A stretch of 64,000 bases of DNA. It comes from the human T2T-CHM13v2.0 reference genome, Homo sapiens. The position numbers were made by a program, and so were the translations under genes. Location of the stretch: assembly GCF_009914755.1 (NCBI RefSeq), contig NC_060947.1; one strand, written 5' to 3'. Of the stretch, positions 44,291 to 61,599 are shown piece by piece. Within the stretch, counting starts at the first letter, position 1. Every line of letters starts with the position of its first letter. The notes beneath the pieces are model-generated. The model did no database searches. It was given only the letters and a program-made list of their open reading frames with translations, and was not told the DNA's origin.

Positions 44291-45079
44291 TTAAGGCAGT
44301 AAATGTGAAGTACAGTATTGTAAATGTCTATTTCCATATTTAGCAATGGAAATCACAAGGAACTGATATAATTTAAAGAGGAACCTTTGTTATTAAATGG
44401 TAAAGTATGCCTCTCTGACCTGATATAGGTGTGACTAGATAATACAAATTGTTCTATGTAATTTACACACGATTTTAAAAATTATAAAGTAGAAATACTG
44501 ATGCCAAAGTCTTTGTGAAATGTGTTAAAGTAAAATTGTCAGTGGTATATTTAGCTACTGACCTCTATTCTCTCCTAGTTATTATGGCAAGATGATGAAA
44601 TCACAAATGCAAGACAGACGTTTGTCCACCCAGGTTAGTGTCCTGGATAAAAGAGAAAACACGCCTTTGTTTTATGCCCAGTAGTACACGTGGCAATACT
44701 GAGACATATTTTAACAAAATAAAATAGTAAAATATATGCTCTAGAGCAAACTTTTGCTATAAGAATACATGAGATTTACCCAAATTCCTAATTCAGTTTT
44801 GACATGGATATTTTAAAAAGTCATTTAGCTTCAAAATGCGTATTAAGTCTACCCAAATTATGAAATTCCTACACATCCTGTATCTAAGAGCACTAATTCT
44901 GTTTTTTTCACTCTAAATAAGCTATATCTAAAGAAGATACAAGCATTCAACTTATGTATACATCACCAAATTCCCCTGAATGACACCCTCAGGAAAACAA
45001 AACAACCCAGGGAAACTATTAACTAAATGCATGTATGGAAGTATACATAAACATACACGTACATATCTATATGTGTACA

Positions 45080-45081
<2 letters not shown>

Positions 45082-45116
<35 letters not shown>
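45082..45116. repeat. (TA)n microsatellite
   Basis: Seen directly in the sequence. Confidence 0.95.
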
Positions 45117-45123
<7 letters not shown>

Positions 45124-46524
45124 GTAGATATCTTCTCACAAAAAACACATGTTAACTTAGTCTCTTATCCATTTTATGAAGTGGCTTCCTTCGGCAATGT
45201 CAAATGTGATTATATTTTACGTCATGTTAACATTGGATAGTAAATTGAGTGCAATGGCTTTCAGAGCGCAGGTTGTAAAACAGCTGTCAAATATCAACCA
45301 GAATCACATTTGAATTTACAACCTAGAACTGAAAGGTCCTTTCAACCTTTTGCACCGAATATGGAAAGAAAAAGATTTAGAATACATTTTGACTTTTGAG
45401 AGTTGATACATTTAATAAAGGCTTGTTAAAACAAAATAGCTGTGAATGAATAACATATTGCAAGCCATGACTAAAGGAACATTTGTGAAGAGTCCATTTA
45501 TGCACTATGCCATTTATCACTACAAACTATGAATATCCTGGAGGTAAAATTTTCCAAAAAGTACAGTGTTTTATAAAAAAGAGTATTGTTTATTTAAAAA
45601 CTGTAATTTGTAAACACAGTCATGTAATTATTCCTGGCTAAAGTATTTTATTTTAGTTGTAAGGAAATTACTATGTTTACTTTAAAAGGCTTAAAAAATA
45701 CTAGCTAGTGGCACAGTCTTAAAATCATAATATTTAAATGTAAAAATATTATAAAGCAACATGCAAAATATATTATTTAAAATATATATCTAAAGAGAAT
45801 ATACAATATATAGAAGAAAACATTAAAACATCAATAGACTTTCCATATGGAGGTGAAATTAGATGGTAATCTTTATTTTATTTACCATGCTTATATGCAT
45901 TTCCCAAATTTTCTACAGCGAGTTGCTATTACTTTGGTAACAAAAAAGTAAAATATCCATATATCTGTGAAATTATATTTTCTCTCTCTGACCATGTAAA
46001 CCTATATGGATCTCTCTAGTTGGTAATAAAGCCACGAAAATTATTATGGAAAAGGAGAGAACAATCAAAATTAGATGTGTTTTCCATTTTGTGTCTTATC
46101 TATGGTATAGGCTATCTTATTGCCTCTGCATTCTGAAAAAAAAAAATAGAAAAAAGAATGAGAGGTTAAAATAACAAACCTATTTTTCCTTCTTTCCAGA
46201 ACTGATTTCTAATAGTGTCTTTTTCTATATCCACCTTAATTCTTCCCCTTCAAAATAATAGACAGTTTTCCCACCTTTGGATTTCTTACTGGTAAATTGT
46301 TGTCTTCACTCAGGCCAGCAAGTGAGCTTTCTCACACTTCAAGAGAAAGCAAAAGCAACATATATAAAGCAAAAGAAAAAGTAGAAATACTGCAGAAAGG
46401 CCTTTTTTAATGTGCGAACTGGAAGGCTGAGTTTTAGCAGTTTTCTAAAACTGGCCCTAGCATTCACCATTGAATTGTGGAAAGATTGCAGCAAAGCTCT
46501 ATGTCCAATTGAATCAAATCATCC

Positions 46525-46715
46525 AGAGCAGCTCTGTCCAATAGAACTTGCTGTGATGATAAAGATGTTCCACAGCTTCTCTGTCCAATAAGGTTGTCTA
46601 TTAGACAATTGTGGCTAATGATTAAAATGTGACTAGCATTGCTGAAGAACTGAATTTTAATTTTATATGATTTTAATTAGTTTAAACATAAATTGCTACA
46701 TGTGACTAGCATATC
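46525..46715. mobile_element. MER3-like hAT MITE
   Basis: ctgtccaatagaact...gtgatgat ... aaatgtgactag...ctgaagaactgaattttaatttt. Confidence 0.8.
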
Positions 46716-46799
46716 CAAAGTATTCAACTTAACACATAATACCCTTGATCCTAAAAAATGAAGTTGTAGGGTAAAAAAGAGTAAATAAAATGTCAGGGT

Positions 46800-48920
<2,121 letters not shown>

Positions 48921-50179
48921 TATGGGTTATGTCTGTTTTGTTTCTCTGTCCCTTCTTCACTGTTTCTTTTTGATAAATGAATATTTTCTATTATAACATT
49001 TTAATTCAAGACTTTTAACTGTATACGTTGTTTCTTACTGACTATTCTATAGCTTGAAATATGCATGTTAATCCCTAAATATAATTAAAACTATGTTCAC
49101 ATAATTCCAGTGAGATATAGAAACTTTACCTTCATATAGCTCTATTTTCTACCCCCTATATTGTGATATTGTTATACATATTACATCAGAACATGTAACA
49201 AACCTGACAAACTTATTGTTATAATTGCTACCTTATATAACCTATGTCTGTTAAAGATGCTGACACAACAATGCACAGTACGTATATATTTTTAGAGTTT
49301 ACTATATTAATATTCTTATTTACCATTTCTGGATATCTTCCTTTTTCATTTTTTTCCTCTGTTGGCTCAAGTATCCATCAGTTAGCATTTCTCTACTTCA
49401 ACAATTTTTTTTTCTCACCTACCTCTTTTGTACTTTCAGTGCCACATATATTATATTTCAATTAATGTATGTCAAAACCTAATAATACACATAAAGATAC
49501 AAAGATATGTCATGTTATGCATTTGCTTTTCAGTAAGTTAAAAGAAGTAGGCATATGCATCCATAGTATCTTTTATATTTACTTATATAGTTATACTCTT
49601 TTTTTGTGTGGATTCAAATTACTGTCTGATGTCACTTGTCTTTATTCTAAAGAAACTGCTTTAGTATTTCTTGTAAGGCATGTCTGATAACAATAAATTC
49701 TCTGTTTTGTTTACTTGCTATTTAGCCTTCATTTTACATTTATTTACACTTTACTTTTGAAAGTTAGTTTTGCTGGATATATAATTCTATTTTGTTCTGT
49801 TTTATAATTTCAAATTTTATTTTAAATTCAGGAGGTAAACATATAGGTTTGTTACATAGATATACTTTGTGATGCTAAGGTTTGGGGTACAGATCTCAGG
49901 TAGTGAGCATAGTACCCAGTAGTTTTTCAGACATTATTTCCCTCCTTCCCTCCTCTCTCTAGCAGTTCACAGTGTCTATTGTTTCCATCTTTATGGCCAC
50001 ATGTACTCAAAGTTTAGCTCCCATGTATAAGTGAGAACATGTGGCATTTGGTTTTCTGTTCCTGAGTTAATTCATCTACAATTATGGCTTCCAGCTGCAT
50101 CCATGTTGCCGCAAAGGACATAATCTCATTCTTTTTCATGGCTGCATAGTATCCCATGGTATATATGTACCACATTTTT

Positions 50180-51674
<1,495 letters not shown>

Positions 51675-53640
51675 TGTACCACATTTTTAAAAAAAATCTA
51701 ATGCACCATTGATAGCCTTCTAGGTTGATTCCATGTCTTTGTTATCGTGAATAGTGCTGCAGTGAACATACGACTTCATGTGTCTTTTTGGGAGAATGAT
51801 TCATTTTCCTTTGAGTATCTCACTATATTCTAGACTCAATTGTTACTAATGAGAAGCCAGTTAATGTTTTGGCTGTAAGCTTGTACCTGATGTGCACTTT
51901 TGTTTTGCTACTTTCAAAATTTTCAAGATTCTGACTATTATGTGGCCAGGTGCTAAAGTCCTTTGGTTTACTATACCTGGAGTTTATGGATCTTCTTAGA
52001 TGTTTGGAATAATGTTTTTAATCAGCTGTGGGAAGTTTAAACCAGTATCTTCGAATATTTTTATTTTTGTGTTTTCATTCATTTTTATTTATGATTGACA
52101 CATAATAATTGTACATATTTGCAAGGTATAATGTGATTTTTTGACACATGTATATATTTTGTAAGATCAATTCAAGGTAATTACAGTATCAATCACCTTA
52201 AAAGGTATCATTTCTTTGTGATGAGAACATTTAAAACCCATCTACTAGCCATTTTGAAATATGTAATACATTGTTGTTAACTCCAGTCATCTTACTATGC
52301 GGAGAACATTAGAATTTATTTCTTCTTTCCAACTGTGCCTTTGTACCTGCTGACCAATCTCATGCCCTCCCCCTCCTGCTCCTCTTCCCAGCCTCTGGTC
52401 TCCACTATTCTCCTCTTTACTTATATGAGAACATTTTTTATATTCCACATATAAGTGAGACCATGCAGTACTTGTTTTCTGTGCCTGGCTTTTTTTCACT
52501 TACCATGATGTCCTCTAGGTTTATCCATGCTGCTGCAAATAACAGGATCTCATGCTATTTTATGGCTTAATAGTATTCCGTGATACATATATACCACATT
52601 TTCTTATTCATTTATCTGTTGACAATAAGGTTGATTCTATCTCTTGGCTATTGTGAACAGTGACGCAGTAAACATAGGTGTGCATATATCTCTTTGCCAT
52701 GCTGATTTCATTTCTATTGGGTATATATGCTGTAGTGGGATTTCTGGGTCATATGGTAGTTCTACTTATAATGTTTTGAAAATCCTTCATACTGTTTTCC
52801 ATAATGCCTGTACTAAATTACATTCCCACCAGCAGTGTGTAAGTGTTTCCTTTTCTCCACATCCCCAACACTTGTTGTACTTTGATTTTGTGATAGTAGC
52901 CATTCTACCTTCACTGACATAATACCTCATTGCAGTTTTTGGTTACATTTTTCTATCAAAATACTGATGACATTCTGCACAGAAACAGACAAAAAAAGTA
53001 TGTAACCACAAACTACCTTGAATAGCCAAAACAATCTTGAATAAACACCAAAGCTGGAGGTATCAAACAGCCTGAATTCAAAACATGCTACAAAGCCATA
53101 GTAACTAAAACAGCATGGCAGTGACATAAAAACAGACGCATAGACCAAAGGAACAGAATAGAGAATAGAGAAATCTACACATGTACAACCAACTGATTTT
53201 TGACAAAGTGCTAAGTACACAGAATGGAGAAAGGAATGTGTTCTCAATAAATGGTGCTGAGAAAAATAGATATTCACATAGAGAAGAATGAAATTATACC
53301 CATATCTCTCACCATATAGAGAAAAATAACTCAAAATGGATTAAAGACTTAAACAGAAGACTCAAACTATGGAACTACTAGAATAAAACACAGGGTAAAA
53401 CTCTATGACATTAGACTAGGCAAAGATTTTTTTTTCGATAAAACTAAACAAGCACAGGCAACAAAAGCAAATACAGACAAATGGAATTACAGCAAACTAC
53501 AAAGTTTCTGCACAGCAAAGGAAACAATGAACAGAGCAAAGAGACAACCTACAGAATGGGAGAATATATTTGCAAACTATATATCTGATAAGGGGTTAAT
53601 ATCCAAAATATGTAAATAATTCAAATGACTCAACAACAAC

Positions 53641-54121
53641 AGCCTGTTATTTGCAACAACATGGACTGTACTGGAGACCATTAAGTGAAATAAGCCAGGC
53701 ACAGAAAGACAAACATCCTATGTTGTCACTTATTTGTGGGATCTAAAAATCAAAATAATTAAACTCATGGACACAGAGAGTAGAAGGATGGTTACCAGAG
53801 GCTGGGAAAGGTAGTGGGGGGTTTGGAGGGAAGTGAGGATGGTTAATGGATCCAAAAATACAGTTATAAAGAATGAATAAGACATACTATTTGATTGTAC
53901 AACAGGGTGACTATGGTCAATAATAACTTAATTGTACATTTTAACATAACTAAAGGAGTGTGATTGGATTGTTTGTAACACAAAGGATAAATGCTTGGGG
54001 GCATCGATACCCCATTCTCCATGATGTGATTATTTCACATTGCAGGCCTGTTTCAAAACATCTCATGTGCCCCATAAATACGTATATCTACTATGTACCA
54101 ACAAAAATTTTAAAAAAATTT
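53641..54121 (+). mobile_element. L1MA1/2-type 3' end
   Basis: aggatggttaccagaggctgggaaagg...cacaaaggataaatgcttg...ctactatgtacc. Confidence 0.85.
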
Positions 54122-54141
54122 AAAGTGAGCAAATGTGACCC

Positions 54142-54360
54142 TATTTTGCTATCAAATAGTAGGTCTTCGTTGTACATTTAAAAATAACTAAAGGGGTATA
54201 GTTGGATTGTTTTTTAACACAGAAGATAAATGCTTCAGGGGATGGATACCCTACTCTCCATGATGTCAATATTATGCATTGCATGCCTGTGTCAAAATCT
54301 CTCATGTACCCCAGAAATGTATATATCTGCTGTGTACCCACAAAATGTACAAATTACAAA
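54142..54360 (+). mobile_element. Second L1MA1/2-type 3' end with a 26-bp inverted 5' piece
   Basis: 54142-54167 reverse-complements to aagacctactatttgatagcaaaata, matching 53879-53904. Confidence 0.75.
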
Positions 54361-54883
54361 TAAATTGAGCAAAAGACCCGAATTGACATTTCTCAAAAGA
54401 AGACACATAAATGGGCAACAGGTATATGAAAAAATATTCAACATTTTTGAATATCATTTTGTTCCTTTTTCTCTACCCTCTTTCTGGTTTTCCCATGAGA
54501 GTCATCTATATTAAACAGGTTAAAATAATCAAAAGCAATTGGCTCACAATAAATAGAGATGAGACCCGAGTGTGATAACAAGAGAGGAAACTAGTCAGAT
54601 GCTTAATAGGAAGATCACGAAAAGAGAAAGTACAAGAAAACCCAGCTGAAAGCACCATCATCACTGGTGGTCAGGAAGACTGTATATAAACCCAAGGCTG
54701 CCACGTCTTTGGATTTAAAACATCCCAAGGTGAATATTGCAGAAAAAATAAACTTCACTGAATCAATCTAGCCGAATCACCAAACAAATGAACAAGTAAA
54801 CAAACACAATGCACTCCAAAAGAGGGATAGATCAGCATGAAGAGTTGCTATATTATCTAAAATCTCCAGTTTTCAACAAGGAT

Positions 54884-55010
54884 TTTTATTATTTTTTTAT
54901 TATACTTTAAGTTTTAGGGTACATGTGCACAACGTGCAGGTTTGTTACATATGTATACATGTGCCATGTTGGTGTGCTGCACCCATTAACTCGTCATTTA
55001 CATTAGGTAT
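54884..55010 (-). mobile_element. L1PA3/4-type short 3' end
   Basis: tatactttaagttttagggtacatgtgcacaacgtgcagg...cattaggtat. Confidence 0.92.
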
Positions 55011-55104
55011 TTTTAAATCCTCAAATTCAGAATGAAATAAATTGACCTAGGTCACAGATCTAGTGGGTAACAGAGCTATAATCTAACATACTGGAAAGCA
55101 AGCC

Positions 55105-55305
55105 TCTTAAATATTAAGTTCCCATTTATTGTGGGTTTCTATGTGTGAGACACTGTGCTAAATACTTTATATGCATTATATTACTTCATCTTGCTCTCAA
55201 CAATCCTCTGTGATGAAAATTATTATACTCAACTTTCAGATAAAAAAATGAGATCTGGAAAAATTTACAACCTGCCCAAGTAAATGTTGGACTAAGGATT
55301 TGATA
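55105..55305 (-). mobile_element. MIR
   Basis: cactgtgctaaatactttatatgcattat...acaatcctctgtga...cagataaaaaaatgaga. Confidence 0.7.
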
Positions 55306-55364
55306 AGATAAATAGCAAAACATTCCCTGCTTATAGGCTGAGGCCTCAGAATGACAGTTTTATA

Positions 55365-56140
55365 TACATAGTCTGTTTTGCTACAATGGATGTTTTAACA
55401 ATGCCGATTAGCTTATCCACATTAGGTAAACAAAGGAATGATAGTAGTTTAATGTTAAAGCCATTTTGAATCACTAGCCTTATTTCCTAGTAGGTTAATA
55501 TTTTGATGTGACTGGAGCAAAATAACTTTCACAAGGCTTTCATAATTAATGGGAAAACTTTAGGCATATGTGAAGACCTTAAGAAAAACACACTTGAAAA
55601 TCCCGGAAAAATGTCCTCCAGATTAAAAAGTGGTTGATTTAGTGACTTCAAGAATCACTACACTTTCAGCAATGTTAAACTATTTGAAGAAGGACCGACA
55701 AAGAGATTTCTCCAGTGTCTTTTTTTTTTCTTTTGTAAAGTGATGTAGACTACTAAACCCAGAGCATAGTGTTAATTTCGATACAACTGGTTACGAGTAG
55801 AAACAAATATACTCAAGGACCTATATCTTGAAGAAAGAAGAGTGAGCCTGAGAGTGTAAGGTTGAAAAAGATGAAGGGCCTGTGACACTAGGTATAAAAT
55901 ACAGTGGAGATGCAACTTCATTAATGGTTTACTAAGATGTATTTTAGAAATGTTTTTAAATTCTAAATTTCTGACACAGGGTTAGCATTGTTTTTCTTAG
56001 AGTTTGGGTTACAGTGTTCCTGAGGTTTTGAGTGGTTTCCCTCTTACTCTATTTTCCCAGTAAACCCCTATGCTTAGTGTGTACTTTTGCATAACAAATG
56101 CTTTTCAATAACACAGATACTATAGAAGAAATCTCACATA
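55365..56140 (+). mobile_element. Tigger-family (pogo-like) DNA transposon relic with transposase remnant
   Basis: Degenerate translations SG*FSDFKNHY (about 55629) and NFDTTGYE*KQIYSRTYI (about 55774) resemble the Tigger GWF..FK and FNxDETGL.WK.MP.RTYI motifs. Confidence 0.65.
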
Positions 56141-57391
56141 TTAAAACTACATCCTTTAAAATTAAATTGAATTGCTTACATTAAAACTCCCATGCTTATA
56201 CTGGATTTACATGTCCATATAGATTAGTGTGGCAATTTTTTTAAAATTAGCTGACATATAATCATTAAAAATTTGGGGTAGAATGACATTTCAATACATG
56301 TACAAATTCTGTAATAAATTATTTAGCATACCCATCAGCTCATACATTTATCATTTCTTTGTGATGAGAATATCCAAAATCCTATTAGCTATTTGGATAT
56401 ATGTAATACAATATTGTTAATCACAATTGTCACTCTAAATTGAACAGTAACTTTGTACCTATTGACCAATCTCTTCTTATCTTCCCTCTCTCCTACCCTC
56501 CTCAGCCTCTGGTAACTACTATTCTATTCTCTAATATATGAGATCAATATCTTTACATTTCACATGAGTGAGAAAATGTAGTATTTGTCTTTCTGTGCCT
56601 GGCTTATTTCACTTAAAAATAATGTCTTCCAAGATCATTCACATTGCTGCAAAAGACAGGATATACCTTTTTTATGGCTTAACAGTAGTTCATTGTGTAT
56701 ATAATACCACATTTTCTTTATTTCATTCATCCATTGGTGGACACATAGGTTGTTGCCATTTCTTGGTTACTGTGAAGAGTTCTGCAATAAACATGAGAGT
56801 GTAGGTATCTCCTGGAAATACTGATTTTATTTTCTTTGGATATACACCCAAGAGTGGAACTGCTAGATCATATTGGAGCTCTATTTTTAATTTTTTGAGG
56901 AACCTTCACACTATTTTTCATAATAGCTATACTAATCTACATTCACAATAAGAGTGTATAAATATTTCCCTTTCTCCACACCCATGTCAGCACTTGTTAT
57001 TTTTCATCTTTTTGATAAGTCATTCTAATTAAGGTGAGGTGATGACTCATTGTGGTTTTGATGTATATTTCCATGATGATTAGTGAGGTTGAGCATTTTT
57101 CATATACTGCTTGGCCACTTATATGTCTTTTTTTGACAAAAATACCTAATGAGGACTTTTGTCCATTTTTTGATTAGATAATTTTTCTGCTACTGAGTTG
57201 TGTGAGTTCCTTAAATATTCTGGATGTTAACCCATTGTCTGATGCACACCTTGCAAATATTTTCTCCCATTCTCTAGGTTGTCCCTTTGCTCTGTTGATT
57301 GTTTCATTTGTTGTAGAGAAGCTTTTTAGATTGATGTGATTGATGCAATCCCATTTGCCTATATTTGCTTTTTGTATTGTCTGTGCTTTTG

Positions 57392-57394
<3 letters not shown>

Positions 57395-57427
<33 letters not shown>

Positions 57428-57701
57428 AGACGGAGTCTCGTCTCTCCCCTAGGCTGGAGTGGCTCGATCTCGGCTCACTGCAAGCTCCGCCTCCCGGGTT
57501 CACGCCATTCTCTTGCCTCAGCCTCCCGAGTAGCTGGGACTACAGGCGCCCGCCACCACGCCCAGCTGATTTGTGGTGTTTTTAGTAGAGACGGGGTTTC
57601 ACCGTGTTAGCCAGGATGGTCTTGATCTCCTGACCTTATGATCCTCCCACCTTGGCCTCGCAAAGTGCTGGGATTACAGGCGTGAGCCACTGCGCCCGGC
57701 C
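57395..57701 (-). mobile_element. AluY
   Basis: caagctccgcc, cacgccattc and accgtgttagccaggatgg; T32 tail; TSD gcttttgagg. Confidence 0.92.
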
Positions 57702-58709
57702 GCTTTTGAGGTTTTATAAAAAAAAAAAAAAAAAAAAAATCCTTGCCTACGCCAATGTCATGGAGCTTTTACCCATGAAATTTTATCCTTGTGATTTTAT
57801 AATTTTGGTTGTACACTTAAGTAGTTAATTTGGAAAATTTTTTTGTATATATGTCGAGGTAGAGGTCTAGCTTCATTCTCTGCATGTGAATATGCAGTTT
57901 ACCTAGCATCATTTATTGAAGAGATTGTTCTTTCACTAATGTGTGTTCTTGTCACCTATTGCAAAAATTTGCTGGCTGTGTGTCAGATGCATTTGTTGCA
58001 TTGGTCTATGTGTCTATTTTTATGCCAACACTATGCTGTTTCAGTCACTATAGCTTTCTAGTCAATTTTGAAGACAGGTAATGTGATGTCTCCAACTTTG
58101 TTCTTTTTGCTCAGAATTGCTTTAGCTATTCTGGCTCATTCATTTGTGGTTCCATGTAAATTTTAGGGTTGTCATTTCTGTTTCTGTGAAGAACGTCATT
58201 GGTATTTTAGTATGGACTGCATTGAATCTACAGATCTCTTTGGATAGTATGAACATTTCAACGATGTTAATGATTCCAATCCATGAACACATGATATCTT
58301 TCCATTTATTTGTGTCCTCTTCAATTTTTTTCATCAATGTTTTACAGTTGTCATTGTAGAGATCTTTCATCCCTTTGGTTAAAATTATTCTTCGGTACTT
58401 CATTTTTTTTTTTGGTAATTATTGTAATTGGAATTGTTTAATTTCTTTTTCAGGCATTTTGCTATTAAAATGCTTCTTTTTGCATGTTGATTTTGTATTC
58501 TGCAAATTACTGAATTTGCTTATTAATTCTAGCAATTTTTGGTGGAATCTTTAGGGTTTTCTATATACAAGATCATGTCATCTGTAAAGAGGGACAATTT
58601 GAGTTCATCCTTTCCAATTTGGATGCCCTTTATTTCTTTTTCTTGCCTAATTGTTCTGGGTAAGACCAACAGTACTATGTTGAATAAAAATGATGAAAGT
58701 GGGCATCCT

Positions 58710-60201
58710 CATATAGCCAAGACAATCCTAAGCAAAAAGAACAAAGCTGGAGGCATCACGTTACTCAACTTCAAACTATACTACTGGACTACAGTAACCA
58801 AAACAGCATGATACTGGTACAAAAACAGACACACAGACTAATGGAACAGAATAGAGAACTCAGAAATAAGACCCTATACCTACAACAATCTGACCTTCAA
58901 CAAACCTGACAAAAACAAGAAATGCAAAACGGATTCCCTATTTAATAAACGGTGCTGGAAGAACTGACTAGCCATGTGCAGAGAATTGAAACTGGACCCC
59001 TTCCTTACACCTTACACAAAAATCAACTCAAGATAGATTAAAGACTTAAATGTGAAACCCAACACTATAAAAACCCAGAAGAAAATCTAGGCAATACCAT
59101 TCAGGACATAGGCATGAGCAAAGATTTCATGCTGAAAACACCAAAGGCAATTGCAACAAAAGCAAAAATTGACAATGGGATCTAATTAAACTAAAGGGCT
59201 TCTGTACAGAAAAATAGTCTATTATCAGAATGAACAGACAACCTACAGAATAGGAGAAAATTTTTACAACCTATTCATCTGACAAAGGTTTAGTGTCAAG
59301 CAACTACATGTAACTTAAATTTACAAGAAAAAAACAAACAACCCTATTAAAAAGTGGGCAAAGGGCATGAACAGACACTTCTCAAAAGAATATATTTATG
59401 CAGCCAACAAACATATGAAAAAAACCTCAACATCACTGATTATTAGAGAAATGCAAATCCAAACCACAATGAGATACCATCTCATGACAATCGGAAGGGC
59501 AATTATTAAAAAGTCAAGAAACAACAAATGCTGGTAAGGTTGAGGAGAAAAAGGAACATTTTACACTATTGGTGGGAACATAAATTAGTTCAACCATTGT
59601 GGAAGACAATGTGGTGATTCCTCAAAGATCTAGAGGCAGAAATACCATTTGACCTAGCAATCCCATTACTGGGTATATACCCAAAGGAATATAAATCATT
59701 CTGTTATAAAGATACATGCATGCGTATGTTCATTGCAGCACTATTTACAGTCATAAAGACATGGAATCAAACCAAATGCCCATCAATGATAGACTGGATA
59801 AAGAAAATGTGGTACATACATACATGCCATTGAATACTATGTAGCCATGAGAAGGAAACAGATCCTGTTCTTTGCAAGGACATGAATGGAGCTGGAAGCC
59901 ATTATCCTTAGCAAGCTAATGCAGGAACACAAAAGCTAACACTGCATGTTCTCACTTACATATGGAAGCTTAACAATGAGAACACATAGACACATGGTGG
60001 GGATCAACACACACTGGGACCTGTCACAGGGGTAAGAAGAGGAAGACCATCAAGAAGAACAGCTGATGCATGCTGGGCTTAATACCTAGATGATGGGTTG
60101 ATCTATGCAGCAAATCACCATGGCACACATTTACCTATGTAACAAATCTGCCCATCCTGCACAAGTAACCCAGAACTTGAAATAAAAGTTAAAAAAAAAA
60201 A
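58710..60201 (+). mobile_element. L1PA8-10-type 5'-truncated insertion
   Basis: Sense ORF2 C-terminus, 3'UTR and A tail; imperfect TSD gtgggcatcct / gtgagcatcct. Confidence 0.9.
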
Positions 60202-60665
60202 GAATGTGAGCATCCTTGTCTTGTCATATATGGATTTGTAATAATTTGTCTTATATGACCTTTACTGTGTTGAGGTATGTTTATTCTACACCTAGTTTGT
60301 TGACAGTTTTTATCATGAAGGGATGTTATATTTCATCAAATGTTTTTTTCTGTATCTATTGAAATGATCATATGCCTTTTGAGTTGACTCTGTTAATGTG
60401 ATATCATTTATTGCCTTGCATATGTTGAAACATCCTTGCATCTCTGGGAGGAATCCCACTTGATAATGGTGAATGACCTTTTAGTGTGCTGTTGGATTCA
60501 GTGTACTAGTATTTTGTTGATGATTTTTATATCTATATTCATCAGAGATATTGGCCTGTAGTTATCTTTTTTTGTTATGTTCTTATCTGGTTCTAGTATC
60601 AAGGCAATGTCAGACTTATAGAATGACTTTGGGACTATTCACTTCTCTTTAACTTTTTTGAAATA

Positions 60666-60900
60666 CAACTGTCCCCTTGTATATACAAAGGATTGGTTTT
60701 TGAACTCTTGCATATAATAAAATTTGTACATACCCAAGTACTGCAGTCAGCCCTGCAGGAGCTGCATATACAAAAAGTTGGCCCTCCATATATATAGATT
60801 TCACATCCCACAAATACTGTATTTATTTGAGTTTGGTTTTAAAAACCCACATATAAGTGGACCTACACAGTCCCAACCCATGTTGTTCAAGGGTTAACTG
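60666..60900. mobile_element. MER8-like Tigger MITE
   Basis: ta|caactgtccccttg ... ttcaagggttaactg|ta; TA TSD. Confidence 0.82.
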
Positions 60901-61599
60901 TAGTTTGAAAATAATTGGAAATAGTTCTTTAAATGTTCCACAGAATTCAGCATTGAAGACATCAGGTCCTGAGTTTTTCTAGAAAACATTCATATTTACT
61001 GTTTCAATCTTGTTACTCATTATTGGTTGGATCACACTTTCTATTTCTTCATAACTGTGGTGGGTTGTGTGTGTCCGGCGATTCATCTGATCTTCTAAGT
61101 TTCCTAATTTGTTGGTGTATAGTTGTTCATAATAGTCTTTTATGACCCTTTGTATTTCTGTGGTGTTAGTTGTAATACCTCCCGTTTCATCTCTGATTTA
61201 TTTGGTTCTTCTGTTTTTTCTTAGACTAGCTAAAGTTTGTCAATTTTGTTTATCTTTTTAAAAACGAACTCTTTTTTAAGTTGATCTTTGGTATTGCTTT
61301 TTTAGTCTCTACTTCATTTATTTATGCTTTGATTTGTATAAATTTTTCTTTCGAGTAATATTGGGTTTAGCTTGTTCTTGCTTTTATAGTTTCTTGAGAA
61401 GCAACATTGGGTTGTGATATTTCTTTCTTTTTTAAATCTTGGTATATATTATTATACAAGTCCATAACTGTTTTCCATAAGAATGTTGTGTTTTCATTTC
61501 TGTTTGTCCCAAAATATTCTCTCAATTCTGTTTAGTTTCTTCACTGACACAAGAGCATGTTGTTTAATTTCCATGTATTTGTATTTTACTTTTATAGGT

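Larger units (their letters stand above)
52060..54446 (-). mobile_element. L1MA-type 5'-inverted insertion (antisense 52060-52953; sense 52954-53640 and 54362-54446)
   Basis: The sense segment ends aaaaaatattcaacat, about 10 nt before agaaaaatgtaacc where the antisense segment starts; gaatat on both flanks. Confidence 0.78.
56235..61590 (-). mobile_element. Long L1MA-type element hosting an AluY, an L1PA and a MER8
   Basis: Continuous antisense 3'UTR to ORF2; ORF 58140-58403 reads [25 protein letters not shown]. Confidence 0.88.

Noticed and set aside
58539-58811. ORF fusing antisense and sense L1 peptides, at first resembling another inversion
   Set aside because: The sense L1PA has its own tail and TSD and the host resumes at about 60202, so this is an independent nested insertion
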